Shown here piece after piece: positions 38,399 to 48,256 of a stretch of DNA of 64,000 nt (positions within the stretch are counted from its first letter, which is position 1; the number at the start of each line of letters is the position of its first letter). Source of the DNA: Dehalococcoidia bacterium (lineage in GTDB: Bacteria > Chloroflexota > Dehalococcoidia > Lucifugimonadales > UBA3495); assembly GCA_034423575.1 (NCBI GenBank), contig DAOUIF010000078.1:3865-67864 (forward strand), in the 5' to 3' direction. The notes under the pieces were generated by a model. It worked only from the letters and a program-made list of their open reading frames with translations. It was not told where the DNA came from and did not search any database. The position numbers were made by a program, and so were the translations under genes.

Positions 38399-39350
38399 CG
38401 CGCCCGGGTTCCGGCCCGAGAGTGAAGCGGCCGACTCGAGCGTTTCGGTGTTGGCCGCCGACGCGCCTGGGAACACGTCGGTCCTGACCGTGGCGCGGGA
38501 CTTCCTGGCGCTGACTAAGCCCAAGATCATCTCGCTGCTGCTGGTGACCGCGGCGGGAGGGATGTTCCTGGCGGAGCAGGGAGTGCCTTCGCTGGCTCTG
38601 CTGGGCCTGGTCTGGGCGGGTGGCGCGCTGGCGTCCGGCGGCGCCAACGCGGTGAACCATTTTCTGGACCGGGACATCGACCGCGACATGCGCAGAACGC
38701 AAGGACGGCCAGTTGCAGGGTTGCGCGTCGCTCCTCGCTATGCGCTGGCCTTCGGGGTTGCGCTCAACATCGCGGCCTTTGCGCTGCTGGCCACGCAGGT
38801 CAACCTGCTTTCGGCAGCGCTGACCCTGTGCGCCAGCCTGTTCTATGTGTTCATCTACACGCTGTGGCTGAAACGCACCACGCCCAACAACATAGTCATC
38901 GGCGGAGCGGCCGGCGCGATCCCTCCGATGGTGGGCTGGGCTGCGGTCACCGGCAGCCTGGACCTGCCGGCCGTCTATCTGTTCGCCATCGTCTTTTTCT
39001 GGACACCGCCCCATTTCTGGGCTCTGAGCCTGCTGATCCAAAGCGATTACGAGCGGGCGGGCGTGCCCATGCTGCCCGTGGTGTCATCGCGTCAACAGAC
39101 GGCGTTGCATATCTTCCTTTATTCCATCGCCTTGACTGGCCTGACGCTGATGTTCGGATTGCTGCCGCAGGTGGGCTTGATCTACGTGGCGGCGGCCGCT
39201 GCCCTGGGCGCTCCTTTTATCTGGTTGGCCTGGCGGCTTTGGCGTCGGGACGACAGGGCAAGGGCGAAGGCCGCCTACCTCTATTCGCTGGCCTACCTGG
39301 CCCTGCTGTTCGTCGCCGTCATGGTGGACAGCGCGGCAGGGATTGTGTAG
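38388..39350 (+). CDS. ctaB: protohaem IX farnesyltransferase (haem O synthase)
   Basis: UbiA-type NHFLDRDIDRDMRRTQGRP motif. Start set at ATG 38388, which overlaps the ctaA end by 11 nt. Confidence 0.9.
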   Translation: MAGSAPGFRPESEAADSSVSVLAADAPGNTSVLTVARDFLALTKPKIISLLLVTAAGGMFLAEQGVPSLALLGLVWAGGALASGGANAVNHFLDRDIDRDMRRTQGRPVAGLRVAPRYALAFGVALNIAAFALLATQVNLLSAALTLCASLFYVFIYTLWLKRTTPNNIVIGGAAGAIPPMVGWAAVTGSLDLPAVYLFAIVFFWTPPHFWALSLLIQSDYERAGVPMLPVVSSRQQTALHIFLYSIALTGLTLMFGLLPQVGLIYVAAAAALGAPFIWLAWRLWRRDDRARAKAAYLYSLAYLALLFVAVMVDSAAGIV

Positions 39351-39393
39351 CCGTTAGCCCGTGGCAGTGAGAGCCTTTCCAAAGCCCCTTTCG

Positions 39394-39464
39394 CCCGCTC
39401 ATGGTGAGCCTGTCGAACCATAACCGCACCGGTGGGCATCCTTCGACAAGCTCAGGATGAGCGG
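39394..39464. repeat. ~70-bp imperfect palindromic intergenic element, copy 2
   Basis: CCCGCTCATGGTGAGCCTGTCGAACCATA...CCTTCGACAAGCTCAGGATGAGCGG. The left arm is the near-perfect inverse of the right arm. Confidence 0.8.
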
Positions 39465-39470
39465 AATCCA

Positions 39471-39547
39471 ATGGCGGTCAAATACCTTGGAAAGACCCTG
39501 CCGGCGATGGCGGTCAAATTGACAGCCATAATCGCGTATGCTATGGT
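39471..39547 (+). promoter_or_regulatory. candidate oxidase-operon promoter with a 13-nt direct repeat overlapping the -35
   Basis: ATGGCGGTCAAAT occurs at 39471-39483 and 39507-39519. The promoter is TTGACA (39519-39524), 17 nt, TATGGT (39542-39547). Confidence 0.45.
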
Positions 39548-39613
39548 TACCGCCGCTAGTGAAATTTTGCACATACTGGGGCTGGCCGCTGCCGCAGTAT
39601 CCGGGGGTTCACG

Positions 39614-40999
39614 ATGGGGCAGTTGCCCTTTGCAGAGGAAGATTCACCCAACGAGCGCCGCGCCAAATCCAGGCCCAGAGCACTAAGTGATATTCCCGTG
39701 AGCCCCGCCTCCGACACTTCTCCCCGCCGCATTGGACGGCGTTCTCTGCTTACGCTGGCCCTGCTGGGCGGCGTCCTCATGCTCGCGGCGTTGGGTTGCG
39801 ACGCCGACGCGCACCAGTCCATCCTGAGTTCGACGCCCTGGACCCTGGACGGCGTCGGGGGACCGGTAGCGCGGGAGCAATTGCTCCTTTTCAACGTGCT
39901 GCTGTGGACAATGGTGGTGGTGTTCGTGCTGGTAGAGGGCGCGTTGCTGTACGCAGCGATCCGATTTCGCCGGAGGCCAGGCGACCCGCTGCCCCCGCAG
40001 ACCCACGGGCATACTCCGCTGGAGATTGCCTGGACCATTGTGCCCACCATCCTGATACTGGGGCTGGGGGTGTGGTCGGTGATTGTCCTGTTCAAGCTGG
40101 AGCCGGGCGAGGCAATCGCCCTGGCGCGAGCCGAAGGAAAGGAGCCACTGCGCGTCGAAGCAGTGGGCCACCAGTGGTGGTGGGAGTTCCGCTACGAAGA
40201 CCCGCTCCCCGGAGACGAGGCCAGCAAGCTCGTTACCACGGCCAACGAGATGCGCGTGCCGGTGAACACGCCCGTCATCATGGACCTCAAGAGCGACGAC
40301 GTGATCCACAGTTTCTGGATCCCCAAGCTCGCCGGCAAGCAGGACGTGGTGCCCACCAAGACCAACTCCATGTGGTTCCTGGCAGAAGAAACCGGGATGT
40401 ATTACGGCCAGTGCGCCGAATTCTGCGGGACCGCCCACGCGCAGATGAAGTTCCGCGTCCACGTAATGGAAGACGCGGAGTACAAGGCGTGGGTTGCCGG
40501 TTTCGCGGTACCTAAAGCGTTCGATCCGCAAAGCGCGGAAGGAAAAGGCTCACAGGTATTCTTGGGAGCGGGCCAGTGTGTTACGTGCCACACCGTCGGG
40601 GCCTCCGACCCCGTGGATCCCGAAACCGGAGAGGGCGTGCAGCACGCTCGGATGCAGAGCTACATCGAGTACACCGAGTGGCTGGCCAAGCGTCCCCAAG
40701 AACGACTGGCAGACGTCCGAACCGGAAACGAACCGGTGCACCTTAAGACTTTCGCTGCGCCAAATCTGACCGACCTGGGTTGTCGCGTCACCCTGGGAGC
40801 CGGTCTCGTTGACCGCAACCGTGAGACCCTGCGGCAATGGGTTCGGGATCCCGACAGCATCAAGCCGGGCAACCGGATGTCGGAACTGGCCGCCATCTAC
40901 CAAACTCGCCTTGACCATCGCGCTGACCTCACAGAGGCGCAGCTGGGAGACCTGGTCGAATACCTGTCGGCGCAGGGACCTGCCGTGTGCCTGCAGTAA
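39614..40999 (+). CDS. ctaC: cytochrome c oxidase subunit II with a fused C-terminal cytochrome c domain (caa3-type)
   Basis: CuA site HSFWIPKLAGKQD...CAEFCGTAHAQM and C-terminal CVTCH. The start is uncertain; the signal/lipobox-like LAALGC suggests a later start is possible. Confidence 0.9.
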   Translation: MGQLPFAEEDSPNERRAKSRPRALSDIPVSPASDTSPRRIGRRSLLTLALLGGVLMLAALGCDADAHQSILSSTPWTLDGVGGPVAREQLLLFNVLLWTMVVVFVLVEGALLYAAIRFRRRPGDPLPPQTHGHTPLEIAWTIVPTILILGLGVWSVIVLFKLEPGEAIALARAEGKEPLRVEAVGHQWWWEFRYEDPLPGDEASKLVTTANEMRVPVNTPVIMDLKSDDVIHSFWIPKLAGKQDVVPTKTNSMWFLAEETGMYYGQCAEFCGTAHAQMKFRVHVMEDAEYKAWVAGFAVPKAFDPQSAEGKGSQVFLGAGQCVTCHTVGASDPVDPETGEGVQHARMQSYIEYTEWLAKRPQERLADVRTGNEPVHLKTFAAPNLTDLGCRVTLGAGLVDRNRETLRQWVRDPDSIKPGNRMSELAAIYQTRLDHRADLTEAQLGDLVEYLSAQGPAVCLQ

Positions 41000-41101
41000 C
41001 GGCCTGAATCCGCGCTATCATATACCTGTAGACCGCAATTCATCACCGCTAAAGCATCGATGAAACAGTTGTTGACCGAGCCGAAGCGGAGGACCTGAGT
41101 C

Positions 41102-42973
41102 ATGGTAACCATAACCGGCGTCATACCCCGCCCCAGCACCTATACAGGCTTGTGGAGCTGGCTGACCACTGTCGACCACAAGCGTATCGGCGCGCTGTAC
41201 GGCGTCTCCGCGTTCTTTTTCTTTATCGTCGGCGGCATCGAAGCCGGCATCATGCGTTTGCAGCTGGCTAACTCCGACAGCACGCTGGTATCGGCGGACT
41301 GGTTCAACGCCATGTTCACCATGCATGGCACCACCATGATTTTCATGGTTATCATGCCGTTCGGAGCCACGTTCTTCAATATCCTGATACCACTTATGAT
41401 TGGCGCCAGGGACGTTGCCTTCCCGCGCTTGAACGCCTTCTCCTACTGGACATTCCTCTTTGGCGCGCTGCTGATGCACGCCGGCTTCCTGATCGGGCAG
41501 GTTCCCGACGCCGGCTGGTTCTCCTACGCCAACCTGACCGCCGCCCCGTTCAGCGAGGGCAAGGGTCTGGATTTCTGGGCGCTGAGCCTCCAGGTTCTGG
41601 GAGTTGCGTCGCTTGCCGCGGGCTTCAACTTCGTAGTCACCATCATCAACATGCGGGCGCCGGGGATGTCGTTGATGCGCATGCCCGTGTTCGTGTGGAT
41701 GACGCTGGTGACCAGCATCCTGCTGGTGCTGGCGTTCCCGATCATCACCGTCGCGCTCATCGAACTGACCGCGGACCGGCAGTTCGGCGCCAACTTCTTC
41801 AACACCGCCGCCGGCGGCGACCCGATCCTGTGGCAGCACCTGTTCTGGCTGTTCGGACATCCCGAGGTCTACATCCTCATCCTGCCAGCCATGGGCGTGG
41901 TGTCGGAAATCATACCGACCTTCAGCCGCAAGCCGCTGTTCGGTTATCCCGTGGTCGTGTTCTCCGGCATCGTCATCGCCATCATGAGCTGGGCGGTATG
42001 GAGCCACCACATGTTCACGGTGGGGCTGGGCGCCATCGCCAACTCGGTGTTCACCATAACCACGATGCTCATCGCGGTTCCCACCGGCGTGAAGATCTTC
42101 AACTGGATTGGGACCATGTGGAACGGGTCCATCGACTTGAGGACTCCGATGCTGATGGCCATCGGCTTCGTGGCGCTGTTCATCGTGGGTGGACTGTCGG
42201 GCGTGTCTCATGCCGTGTCCCCGTCGGACTTCCAGCAGCAGGACACCTACTACATCGTCGCGCACATCCATTACGTGCTGTTTGGCGGCGCGATATTCGG
42301 GATCTTCGCGGGCATCTACTATTGGTACCCGAAGATCACCGGGAAGATGTACGACGAATTGCTGGGCAAGATTCACTTCTGGCTGATGTTCATTGGCATG
42401 AACCTGACGTTCTTCCCCATGCACTATGCCGGGCTGAACGGAATGCCGCGCCGGATCTACACCTATGCCGAAGGCTTCGGCTGGGAAGGCATGAACCTGC
42501 TCGCGACCATCGGATATTTCGTGATCGTCATCTCGCTGCTGGTTTTCATACACAATTTCTTCCGCAGCATCAAGAAGGGTGAGGAAGCTGGCCACGATCC
42601 GTGGGACGCTCCGACCCTCGAATGGAGCATCTCGTCTCCCCCGCCGGTGTACAACTTCGCCGAGATTCCGGTGGTGCGTGGACAGGATGCCTACTGGATC
42701 ACCAAGCGCGAGGCCGCGGCGCGTGGCGAAGCCGTGCCGGCCGAGGCCCACGTTGACGTCAGCACCATTCACATGCCGAGCCCGTCCTACTGGCCGCTGG
42801 TCACGTCCTTCGGCGTGGTGTGGATCGCGGGAGGCTTGCTGATCGACGTGGGCTGGGACTACATCCGGTTCCCGGTCGCTTTCGTCGGCGGAATCATAAC
42901 CATCATCGGCGTCATCGGCTGGTCAAACGAGCCTGCCGCCGAAGAACATCACGAAGCGGCCGGCCAGCACTAA
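41102..42973 (+). CDS. ctaD: cytochrome c oxidase subunit I
   Basis: WLFGHPEVYILILP and the 12+ TM haem-copper oxidase pattern; GGAGGA upstream. Confidence 0.97.
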   Translation: MVTITGVIPRPSTYTGLWSWLTTVDHKRIGALYGVSAFFFFIVGGIEAGIMRLQLANSDSTLVSADWFNAMFTMHGTTMIFMVIMPFGATFFNILIPLMIGARDVAFPRLNAFSYWTFLFGALLMHAGFLIGQVPDAGWFSYANLTAAPFSEGKGLDFWALSLQVLGVASLAAGFNFVVTIINMRAPGMSLMRMPVFVWMTLVTSILLVLAFPIITVALIELTADRQFGANFFNTAAGGDPILWQHLFWLFGHPEVYILILPAMGVVSEIIPTFSRKPLFGYPVVVFSGIVIAIMSWAVWSHHMFTVGLGAIANSVFTITTMLIAVPTGVKIFNWIGTMWNGSIDLRTPMLMAIGFVALFIVGGLSGVSHAVSPSDFQQQDTYYIVAHIHYVLFGGAIFGIFAGIYYWYPKITGKMYDELLGKIHFWLMFIGMNLTFFPMHYAGLNGMPRRIYTYAEGFGWEGMNLLATIGYFVIVISLLVFIHNFFRSIKKGEEAGHDPWDAPTLEWSISSPPPVYNFAEIPVVRGQDAYWITKREAAARGEAVPAEAHVDVSTIHMPSPSYWPLVTSFGVVWIAGGLLIDVGWDYIRFPVAFVGGIITIIGVIGWSNEPAAEEHHEAAGQH

Positions 42974-43027
42974 GCCGCTCCGTACGAACCCGGCTTACCC
43001 AGATTAGAACCAGGCAGGAGGAGCGCG

Positions 43028-43732
43028 TTGGCTCACGCAGACACCACTCATGCCCCGCCGGCGCATGCGCCGGCCGATCATCCACCGGCTCACGAGGAAG
43101 AGACCACCACCGGAATAAATCACCGGAAACTCCTCATGTGGGTGTTTCTCGGTTCGGACTGTCTCTTCTTCGGCTCGCTGATCGCCACCTACATGGTGTA
43201 CCGGGGCCAGAGCATCGTTGGCCCGTATCCCAAGGACATCATCGACGTCCCCATCACCACCGTCAGCACCTTCGTGCTCCTCATGAGTTCGTTCGCTATG
43301 GTGATGGGCGTGGCTGCGGCCCGCAATGGAAACCAGAAGCGCCTGGTCCAGTGGCTGGTGCTGACCATCATTCTGGGAAGCATCTTCATCGGCTTCCAAG
43401 TCTATGAATTCAACCTGTTCCGTGTTGAAGGCCTGCGTTACGAAACCAACCTGTTCAGCAGCACTTTCTTCACGCTGACCGGATTCCACGGCGCCCACGT
43501 TACATTGGGAATCTTTTGGTTGATTTGCCTGGCCATCATTTCGGCACGCAACCCGGCCGGTCGTCCCTCCCACCTTGACGTGGATATCGCCGGTCTGTAC
43601 TGGCACTTCGTTGACATTGTCTGGATCGTGATTTTCACGCTGCTGTACCTGATCGGCGGGTTCGACGGGCCGGCCGAAGCCGGGCACGCGGCGGTGCAGG
43701 GATGGAACTGGGTCATCGGACTGGTCGGCTAG
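43028..43732 (+). CDS. ctaE: cytochrome c oxidase subunit III
   Basis: TTG start; FTLTGFHGAHVTLG...WHFVDIVW motifs. Confidence 0.9.
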   Translation: MAHADTTHAPPAHAPADHPPAHEEETTTGINHRKLLMWVFLGSDCLFFGSLIATYMVYRGQSIVGPYPKDIIDVPITTVSTFVLLMSSFAMVMGVAAARNGNQKRLVQWLVLTIILGSIFIGFQVYEFNLFRVEGLRYETNLFSSTFFTLTGFHGAHVTLGIFWLICLAIISARNPAGRPSHLDVDIAGLYWHFVDIVWIVIFTLLYLIGGFDGPAEAGHAAVQGWNWVIGLVG

Positions 43733-43754
43733 GTTTCGAGGAGGCAACCACCAG

Positions 43755-44630
43755 ATGAGCACCAACCCCGGTCAGGAGGCTGCATTGGCCCAACAGGAGC
43801 ACGCGGCCCACGACGAACATGCGGCTCACGAGGATGCCGGAATAAATCGGTTCTTCTTCGGCCGCGTCCCGGAGGGCGTGCACGGTGGACTGAAGCAGTA
43901 CGGCCTGCTGGCGATTTTCCTGGCCATCATCACGCTGATTGAATTCCTGATCATCGTCCCGGAGGGTCTCCAGGGCAGCGGTGTGGTAATCGCTCCGCTG
44001 GTGATCCTCTCGGTCATCAAGTTCTTCTGCGTGGTTGCGTTCTTCATGCACCTGAAGTTCGAGAACCCGCTGTTGTGGCAGATATTCGTAGCCGGCCTGG
44101 CATTGGGCCTCGTCGTAGCCCTGTCCCTGGTGCTGCTGTTCGGCGTGTTCCGGCCGACGCCACGAGCATTCTCCGAACCGCGTATTGAGCCCTTTGTGCA
44201 TCATGCCGAGGATCATCACGCTGAGGTGGCGCGTCCGTTGCCGGACGAATTGCCTCCGCCGGCTGACCCTAGGGACCTGGCGCCATCCCCGCCGGAAGGT
44301 GGCGCTGCGGCGGGAGCCTCGCCAGGCCAGACCCTGTTTGTGGGTACGGCGGCCTGCGCGTCGTGCCACGCCATCCAGGGAGTTGCCCAGGGCGTGTTGG
44401 GGCCACCGCTGGATGGCATAGGCACGGCCGCGGCCAACCGAATTCCGGGTCACTCTGCTGAAGAATACATCAGGGAGTCCATCATTGAACCCGATGCTTA
44501 CACCGCAGGTACCGCCGATGGCCTGAGTCAGGATTATCAAGCCGGTCTGATGGCGGCAACCATGGCGGGTATCACATTGAGTCACGAGGATGTCGATGCC
44601 TTGGTGGAGTACCTGTTGCAGTTGAAATGA
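43755..44630 (+). CDS. ctaF: oxidase subunit IV-like membrane domain fused to a C-terminal mono-haem cytochrome c domain
   Basis: N-terminal COX4_pro-like LKQYGLLAIFLAIITLIEFLII...FFCVVAFFMHLKF, a Pro/Ala-rich linker, then CASCH with a downstream Met-rich segment. Confidence 0.75.
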   Translation: MSTNPGQEAALAQQEHAAHDEHAAHEDAGINRFFFGRVPEGVHGGLKQYGLLAIFLAIITLIEFLIIVPEGLQGSGVVIAPLVILSVIKFFCVVAFFMHLKFENPLLWQIFVAGLALGLVVALSLVLLFGVFRPTPRAFSEPRIEPFVHHAEDHHAEVARPLPDELPPPADPRDLAPSPPEGGAAAGASPGQTLFVGTAACASCHAIQGVAQGVLGPPLDGIGTAAANRIPGHSAEEYIRESIIEPDAYTAGTADGLSQDYQAGLMAATMAGITLSHEDVDALVEYLLQLK

Positions 44631-44655
44631 CACCGGCAGTTAATCGGCATTTCTG

Positions 44656-44686
44656 CGGGCAGCCGATACGGTTGCCCGTTGTTTTG
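44656..44686 (+). terminator. rho-independent terminator of the oxidase operon
   Basis: CGGGCAGCCG, ATA loop, CGGTTGCCCG (10-bp stem with one G-U pair) followed by TTGTTTTG. Confidence 0.7.
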
Positions 44687-44791
44687 CGTTATGAGCGTGC
44701 GGGATGAACGCGGCTTCGATTGCGTGTAAACTGTGCCCAGCATTCAAGAACGCCGCGCTGCGCTGGCCGGCACACCCAGGAGGAAGCAGCC

Positions 44792-45676
44792 ATGCTGGTT
44801 GACCTGATTCGGATCACCGCCGCGGACGGCATGGAACTGGATGCGGCATTTTTCGCCCCGGCTGCTGACGCATCTCCGGCCGGACCCATCGACGCCGCAA
44901 TGGTTATCCACGGGTCGGGCCGCAACTTTTACACCCCGGCGACGGCCAACATGGCCAATGACCTGCGGAACGCCGGGTACGCGGCGTTGACCCTGAACAC
45001 CCGGGGCCACGACACCGTGTGGGTGGATCGGCAAACCGGCGTGGCCGAGGGCAACGCCTATGAGATCCTGGACAACAGCCGGCAGGACCTACGGGCGGGC
45101 ATTGATTACCTGGAGGCGCAGGGATACCGGCGCATCGCCATCCTAGGCCAGAGCATGGGCGCCGTAAAGGTCGCCTACTACGGCGCGGTGGAGAACGACC
45201 CGCGCGTGGCGGCGGTCGTGCCCATTTCGCCGGTGCGGCTGTCGTGTTCATACTATATGGAATCACCCGACGCCGAGGAATTTCGCGGGAACCTGGAGAC
45301 CGCGGACCGCATGGAGGCCGAAGGTCGCGCCCTGGACCTGTTCTACGTGGACTTTCCGATCAAGGAAATGTTCTCGGCCATGGCCTATATCGACAAGCAT
45401 GGCCCGCTGGAACGGTACAACGTCGTCATGCACGCTGCCAGGATCACGACGCCGCTCTTCGTGCTGTCCGGCTCGGAAGAAACACACACCAGGCTGCTGG
45501 ACGTTCCGCAGGACATGATCACCGCCGCGGTGAACAGCCCCAGGGCCGAATACCTGATGCTGGAAGGTGGGAATCACTCGCTGACCAACATGATGCCTGC
45601 GGCCGGTGAAGCGGTGGTCAACTGGCTGGCGTCGCTGTCCGCGGACGTCGGCGCGGCTGCGGCCGCCGCCAACTGA
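44792..45676 (+). CDS. alpha/beta hydrolase
   Basis: GQSMGA nucleophile elbow. Start set at ATG 44792 with AGGAGGAAG upstream. Confidence 0.75.
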   Translation: MLVDLIRITAADGMELDAAFFAPAADASPAGPIDAAMVIHGSGRNFYTPATANMANDLRNAGYAALTLNTRGHDTVWVDRQTGVAEGNAYEILDNSRQDLRAGIDYLEAQGYRRIAILGQSMGAVKVAYYGAVENDPRVAAVVPISPVRLSCSYYMESPDAEEFRGNLETADRMEAEGRALDLFYVDFPIKEMFSAMAYIDKHGPLERYNVVMHAARITTPLFVLSGSEETHTRLLDVPQDMITAAVNSPRAEYLMLEGGNHSLTNMMPAAGEAVVNWLASLSADVGAAAAAAN

Positions 45677-45695
45677 GCGTCGCTCCCGTCGATCC

Positions 45696-46139
45696 ATGGG
45701 TACAGATCCCGACGTCATCCAGCTCACGCCCATCGGGTACGTTCGGAGTCGGTTCGCTGGTTACGCGCCCTCCGACGAGATGCGGGAGCACCCGTCTGAG
45801 ATCGTCGTGCATCCCGACTTTGCCGACGGCGTCATGGGCCTGGAGCCGGGCGACCGGATCCTGACACTGTTCGTCCTGCACCGAGCCCGAGCCCGCGGCT
45901 ACGAGTTGCGCCTGCATCCGGGACACAATCCGGCGAACCCCATCCGGGGCGTGTTTGCCACCCGCAGCCAGTACCGGCCCAACTTCATCGGCGCGACGGT
46001 AGCGCTGGTTGGGTCCGTTGGCATCGACGAGGGCATCGGTGAGGCGATCATTTCAGTGACGGAACTCGATGCCCAGGACGGCTCGCCGGTAATCGATATC
46101 AAGCGCCACAGCGCCGGGTTCGACGGGACGATCGGGTAG
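45696..46139 (+). CDS. TsaA/TrmO-like tRNA methyltransferase family protein
   Basis: ...SQYRPNFIG...LDAQDGSPVIDIK pattern. Start set at ATG 45696. Confidence 0.7.
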   Translation: MGTDPDVIQLTPIGYVRSRFAGYAPSDEMREHPSEIVVHPDFADGVMGLEPGDRILTLFVLHRARARGYELRLHPGHNPANPIRGVFATRSQYRPNFIGATVALVGSVGIDEGIGEAIISVTELDAQDGSPVIDIKRHSAGFDGTIG

Positions 46140-46264
46140 TGGGCCGTTTTGACACCGCCGGCGCGTTCCTATACCATCGCTTGCGGAATCCTACGGGGTC
46201 AGATGCCCGGTCCTCTCCAATGCCGTTTGGCAGACTGCACCGGGGTCCGCGAGGTGATTCACCC

Positions 46265-46573
46265 ATGCCGATCTACGAGTATCGCTGCCAGTCCTGCTCC
46301 CGAGTGAGCAGTTATTTTTTCAAGGTTGCATCCGCGGCTACCGACGTGAACTGCGAACATTGCGGTGACTACGGGATGGAACGCATCATGTCTTCCTTCT
46401 CGCGGGGCAGGACCGAAGCCGATACCTACCGGGATCTCGACCCGCGCTACTACAAAATGGTTGACGACGCTTTGGGCAAGGCGCCGCCCACCACGCATCC
46501 GGACCATTACCTGCGCAAAATGGCCCCGTTTTCGTCTACGGACAAGACGGGAGATCCCTACTTCCACGAATAG
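46265..46573 (+). CDS. FmdB-family zinc-ribbon protein
   Basis: MPIYEYRCQSCSRV...CEHCG. Start set at ATG 46265. Confidence 0.75.
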   Translation: MPIYEYRCQSCSRVSSYFFKVASAATDVNCEHCGDYGMERIMSSFSRGRTEADTYRDLDPRYYKMVDDALGKAPPTTHPDHYLRKMAPFSSTDKTGDPYFHE

Positions 46574-46581
46574 CGTGATCG

Positions 46582-46611
46582 CCGGTCCCTAATCGTTGGG
46601 ACCGGTGTTTG
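46582..46611 (+). terminator. candidate rho-independent terminator
   Basis: CCGGTCCC, 8-nt loop, GGGACCGG followed by TGTTTG. Confidence 0.5.
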
Positions 46612-46634
46612 CCGCTCCCGGAGGCAACCCCTGA

Positions 46635-47072
46635 ATGACTGCTGAACCGATCGTGTTCCCGTCGGTCGCCTGGTTCGAAGAACTGCGGCGACTGGTGAAC
46701 GACGACCCCGGCTACCGCCAGATCGGCACCGTCGACGCGTCCATGGGCGTCAAAGTAGGCGATGAGGTCTTTGTGGTTGCCTTTGAGGCGTTCGAGTGCA
46801 GCTCGGTACGTTCCGGGAACGAGTACGACCTGATCAACGTGGACTTCTTTATCGAGATGGATTCCGACGCCTGGAAGGCCATGCTCGAAAATATCAAGGC
46901 CAACGGCGGCGCCGAAGCCGGCCAGACGCTGGTCAGCCTGGACATGCTGAACGAGATTTCCAACAACGCCACGGGAGATCAGCTTCGGGCGGACATGTTC
47001 TTCCGGTACAACCAGAGCCTGCAGCACTTTTTTGACCTGTCGGCGAACCTGAACACCGTTTTCTCCGACTGA
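46635..47072 (+). CDS. SCP2/sterol-carrier-like domain protein
   Basis: 145 aa with GGAGG upstream. The pattern resemblance is weak. Confidence 0.5.
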   Translation: MTAEPIVFPSVAWFEELRRLVNDDPGYRQIGTVDASMGVKVGDEVFVVAFEAFECSSVRSGNEYDLINVDFFIEMDSDAWKAMLENIKANGGAEAGQTLVSLDMLNEISNNATGDQLRADMFFRYNQSLQHFFDLSANLNTVFSD

Positions 47073-47128
47073 TTCGTCGCATCGACTCGGGATCGATTTG
47101 GTCGACCGGCAACCACAAAGGACTATTG

Positions 47129-48241
47129 ATGACCACGACTACAGTTTTGGAAGAGGTAGGGATGGATCCGGCGGCGGTACAGGAACTGGAAAACCTGTTC
47201 CGCCGGCAAATTGACCAGGGGTTGCACCCGGGCGCCGGCCTTGCCGTCTACCGGCACGGACGCCTCGCGGTCGATCTGTGGGGCGGATTGGCCGACGATG
47301 CCGCCGGCACGCCGGTGGCCGTCGACACGATGTTCATTCTCTATTCTTCGACCAAGCCGCTGGCCGCCGCATGCCTGCATGTGCTTTGGGAGCGGGGCCA
47401 ATTGGACTGGGACGACACGGTAGCACAGCATTGGCCGGAATTCGCCAAGCACGGCAAGGACTCCGTTACGATCCGCCACGTCCTGACCCACCGCGGCGGA
47501 TTCCCGGAGACTCCCCCGGAGCTATCCTGGGACCGCTGGCAGGACTGGGACTACGTGGTTGAGTGCATGGAGGACATCATTCCCGATTATCCCGCCGGGC
47601 AGATCATGGCGTACCACCCGCGGAATTTCGGCTGGGTGATCGGCGAGCTGGTGCGCCGGATCGACGGGAGACACATCGGCGTGTTTCTCCGCGAGGAAAT
47701 CCTGGATCCACTGGAGCTGCACGACGGCTACGTCGGCCTGCCCCCGGAGCTCGAGTCCAGGGTTTCTCGCATCCACGCCATGGAAGACTGCGACCGCCCG
47801 GGGATGATACGCCCGTATAACCGGCCGGAGGTGCACCAGGCGGTGCATCCAGCCGGCGGGGGTATCTTCACCGCCCGCGACCTGGCTCGCTTCTACGCCA
47901 TGATGTGCAACGGGGGAGAGTTGGACGGCGTGCGCATCCTCAAACCCGAGACCGTGGCTGAGGTTACTCGCCTTCAATCTGAAGCCAACGACTTTTCCCT
48001 GGGCATGCGGATGCGTCGGTCGCTGGGCCTGGTCCTGGACGACAGCCGTATGGGAGCCACCACCAACGCTGGCGATGGCCTGGGTACCTTTGGACACGGT
48101 GGGGCCGGCACGTCGGTGGGGTGGGCCGATCCCGGCACGGGTCTGGCGGTGGCCTACATTACCAACGGGTTCCGCGCCAGCGCCACCAACAATCCCCGGC
48201 TGTCCGCCATTTCGCGGGCGGTGCGGGCAACCTGCCGGTAA
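47129..48241 (+). CDS. serine hydrolase (beta-lactamase / class C esterase family)
   Basis: SxxK as YSSTKPLAA; ATG 47129 preferred over the adjacent TTG 47126. Confidence 0.8.
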   Translation: MTTTTVLEEVGMDPAAVQELENLFRRQIDQGLHPGAGLAVYRHGRLAVDLWGGLADDAAGTPVAVDTMFILYSSTKPLAAACLHVLWERGQLDWDDTVAQHWPEFAKHGKDSVTIRHVLTHRGGFPETPPELSWDRWQDWDYVVECMEDIIPDYPAGQIMAYHPRNFGWVIGELVRRIDGRHIGVFLREEILDPLELHDGYVGLPPELESRVSRIHAMEDCDRPGMIRPYNRPEVHQAVHPAGGGIFTARDLARFYAMMCNGGELDGVRILKPETVAEVTRLQSEANDFSLGMRMRRSLGLVLDDSRMGATTNAGDGLGTFGHGGAGTSVGWADPGTGLAVAYITNGFRASATNNPRLSAISRAVRATCR

Positions 48242-48256
48242 TCGGGCCCCGCTCGC

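Noticed and set aside
41018-42772. 584-aa minus-strand ORF opposite ctaD, and the +2 frame ORF 41695..42582
   Set aside because: ctaD is unambiguous (haem-copper oxidase motifs). The alternatives are R/H/G/D-rich shadows.
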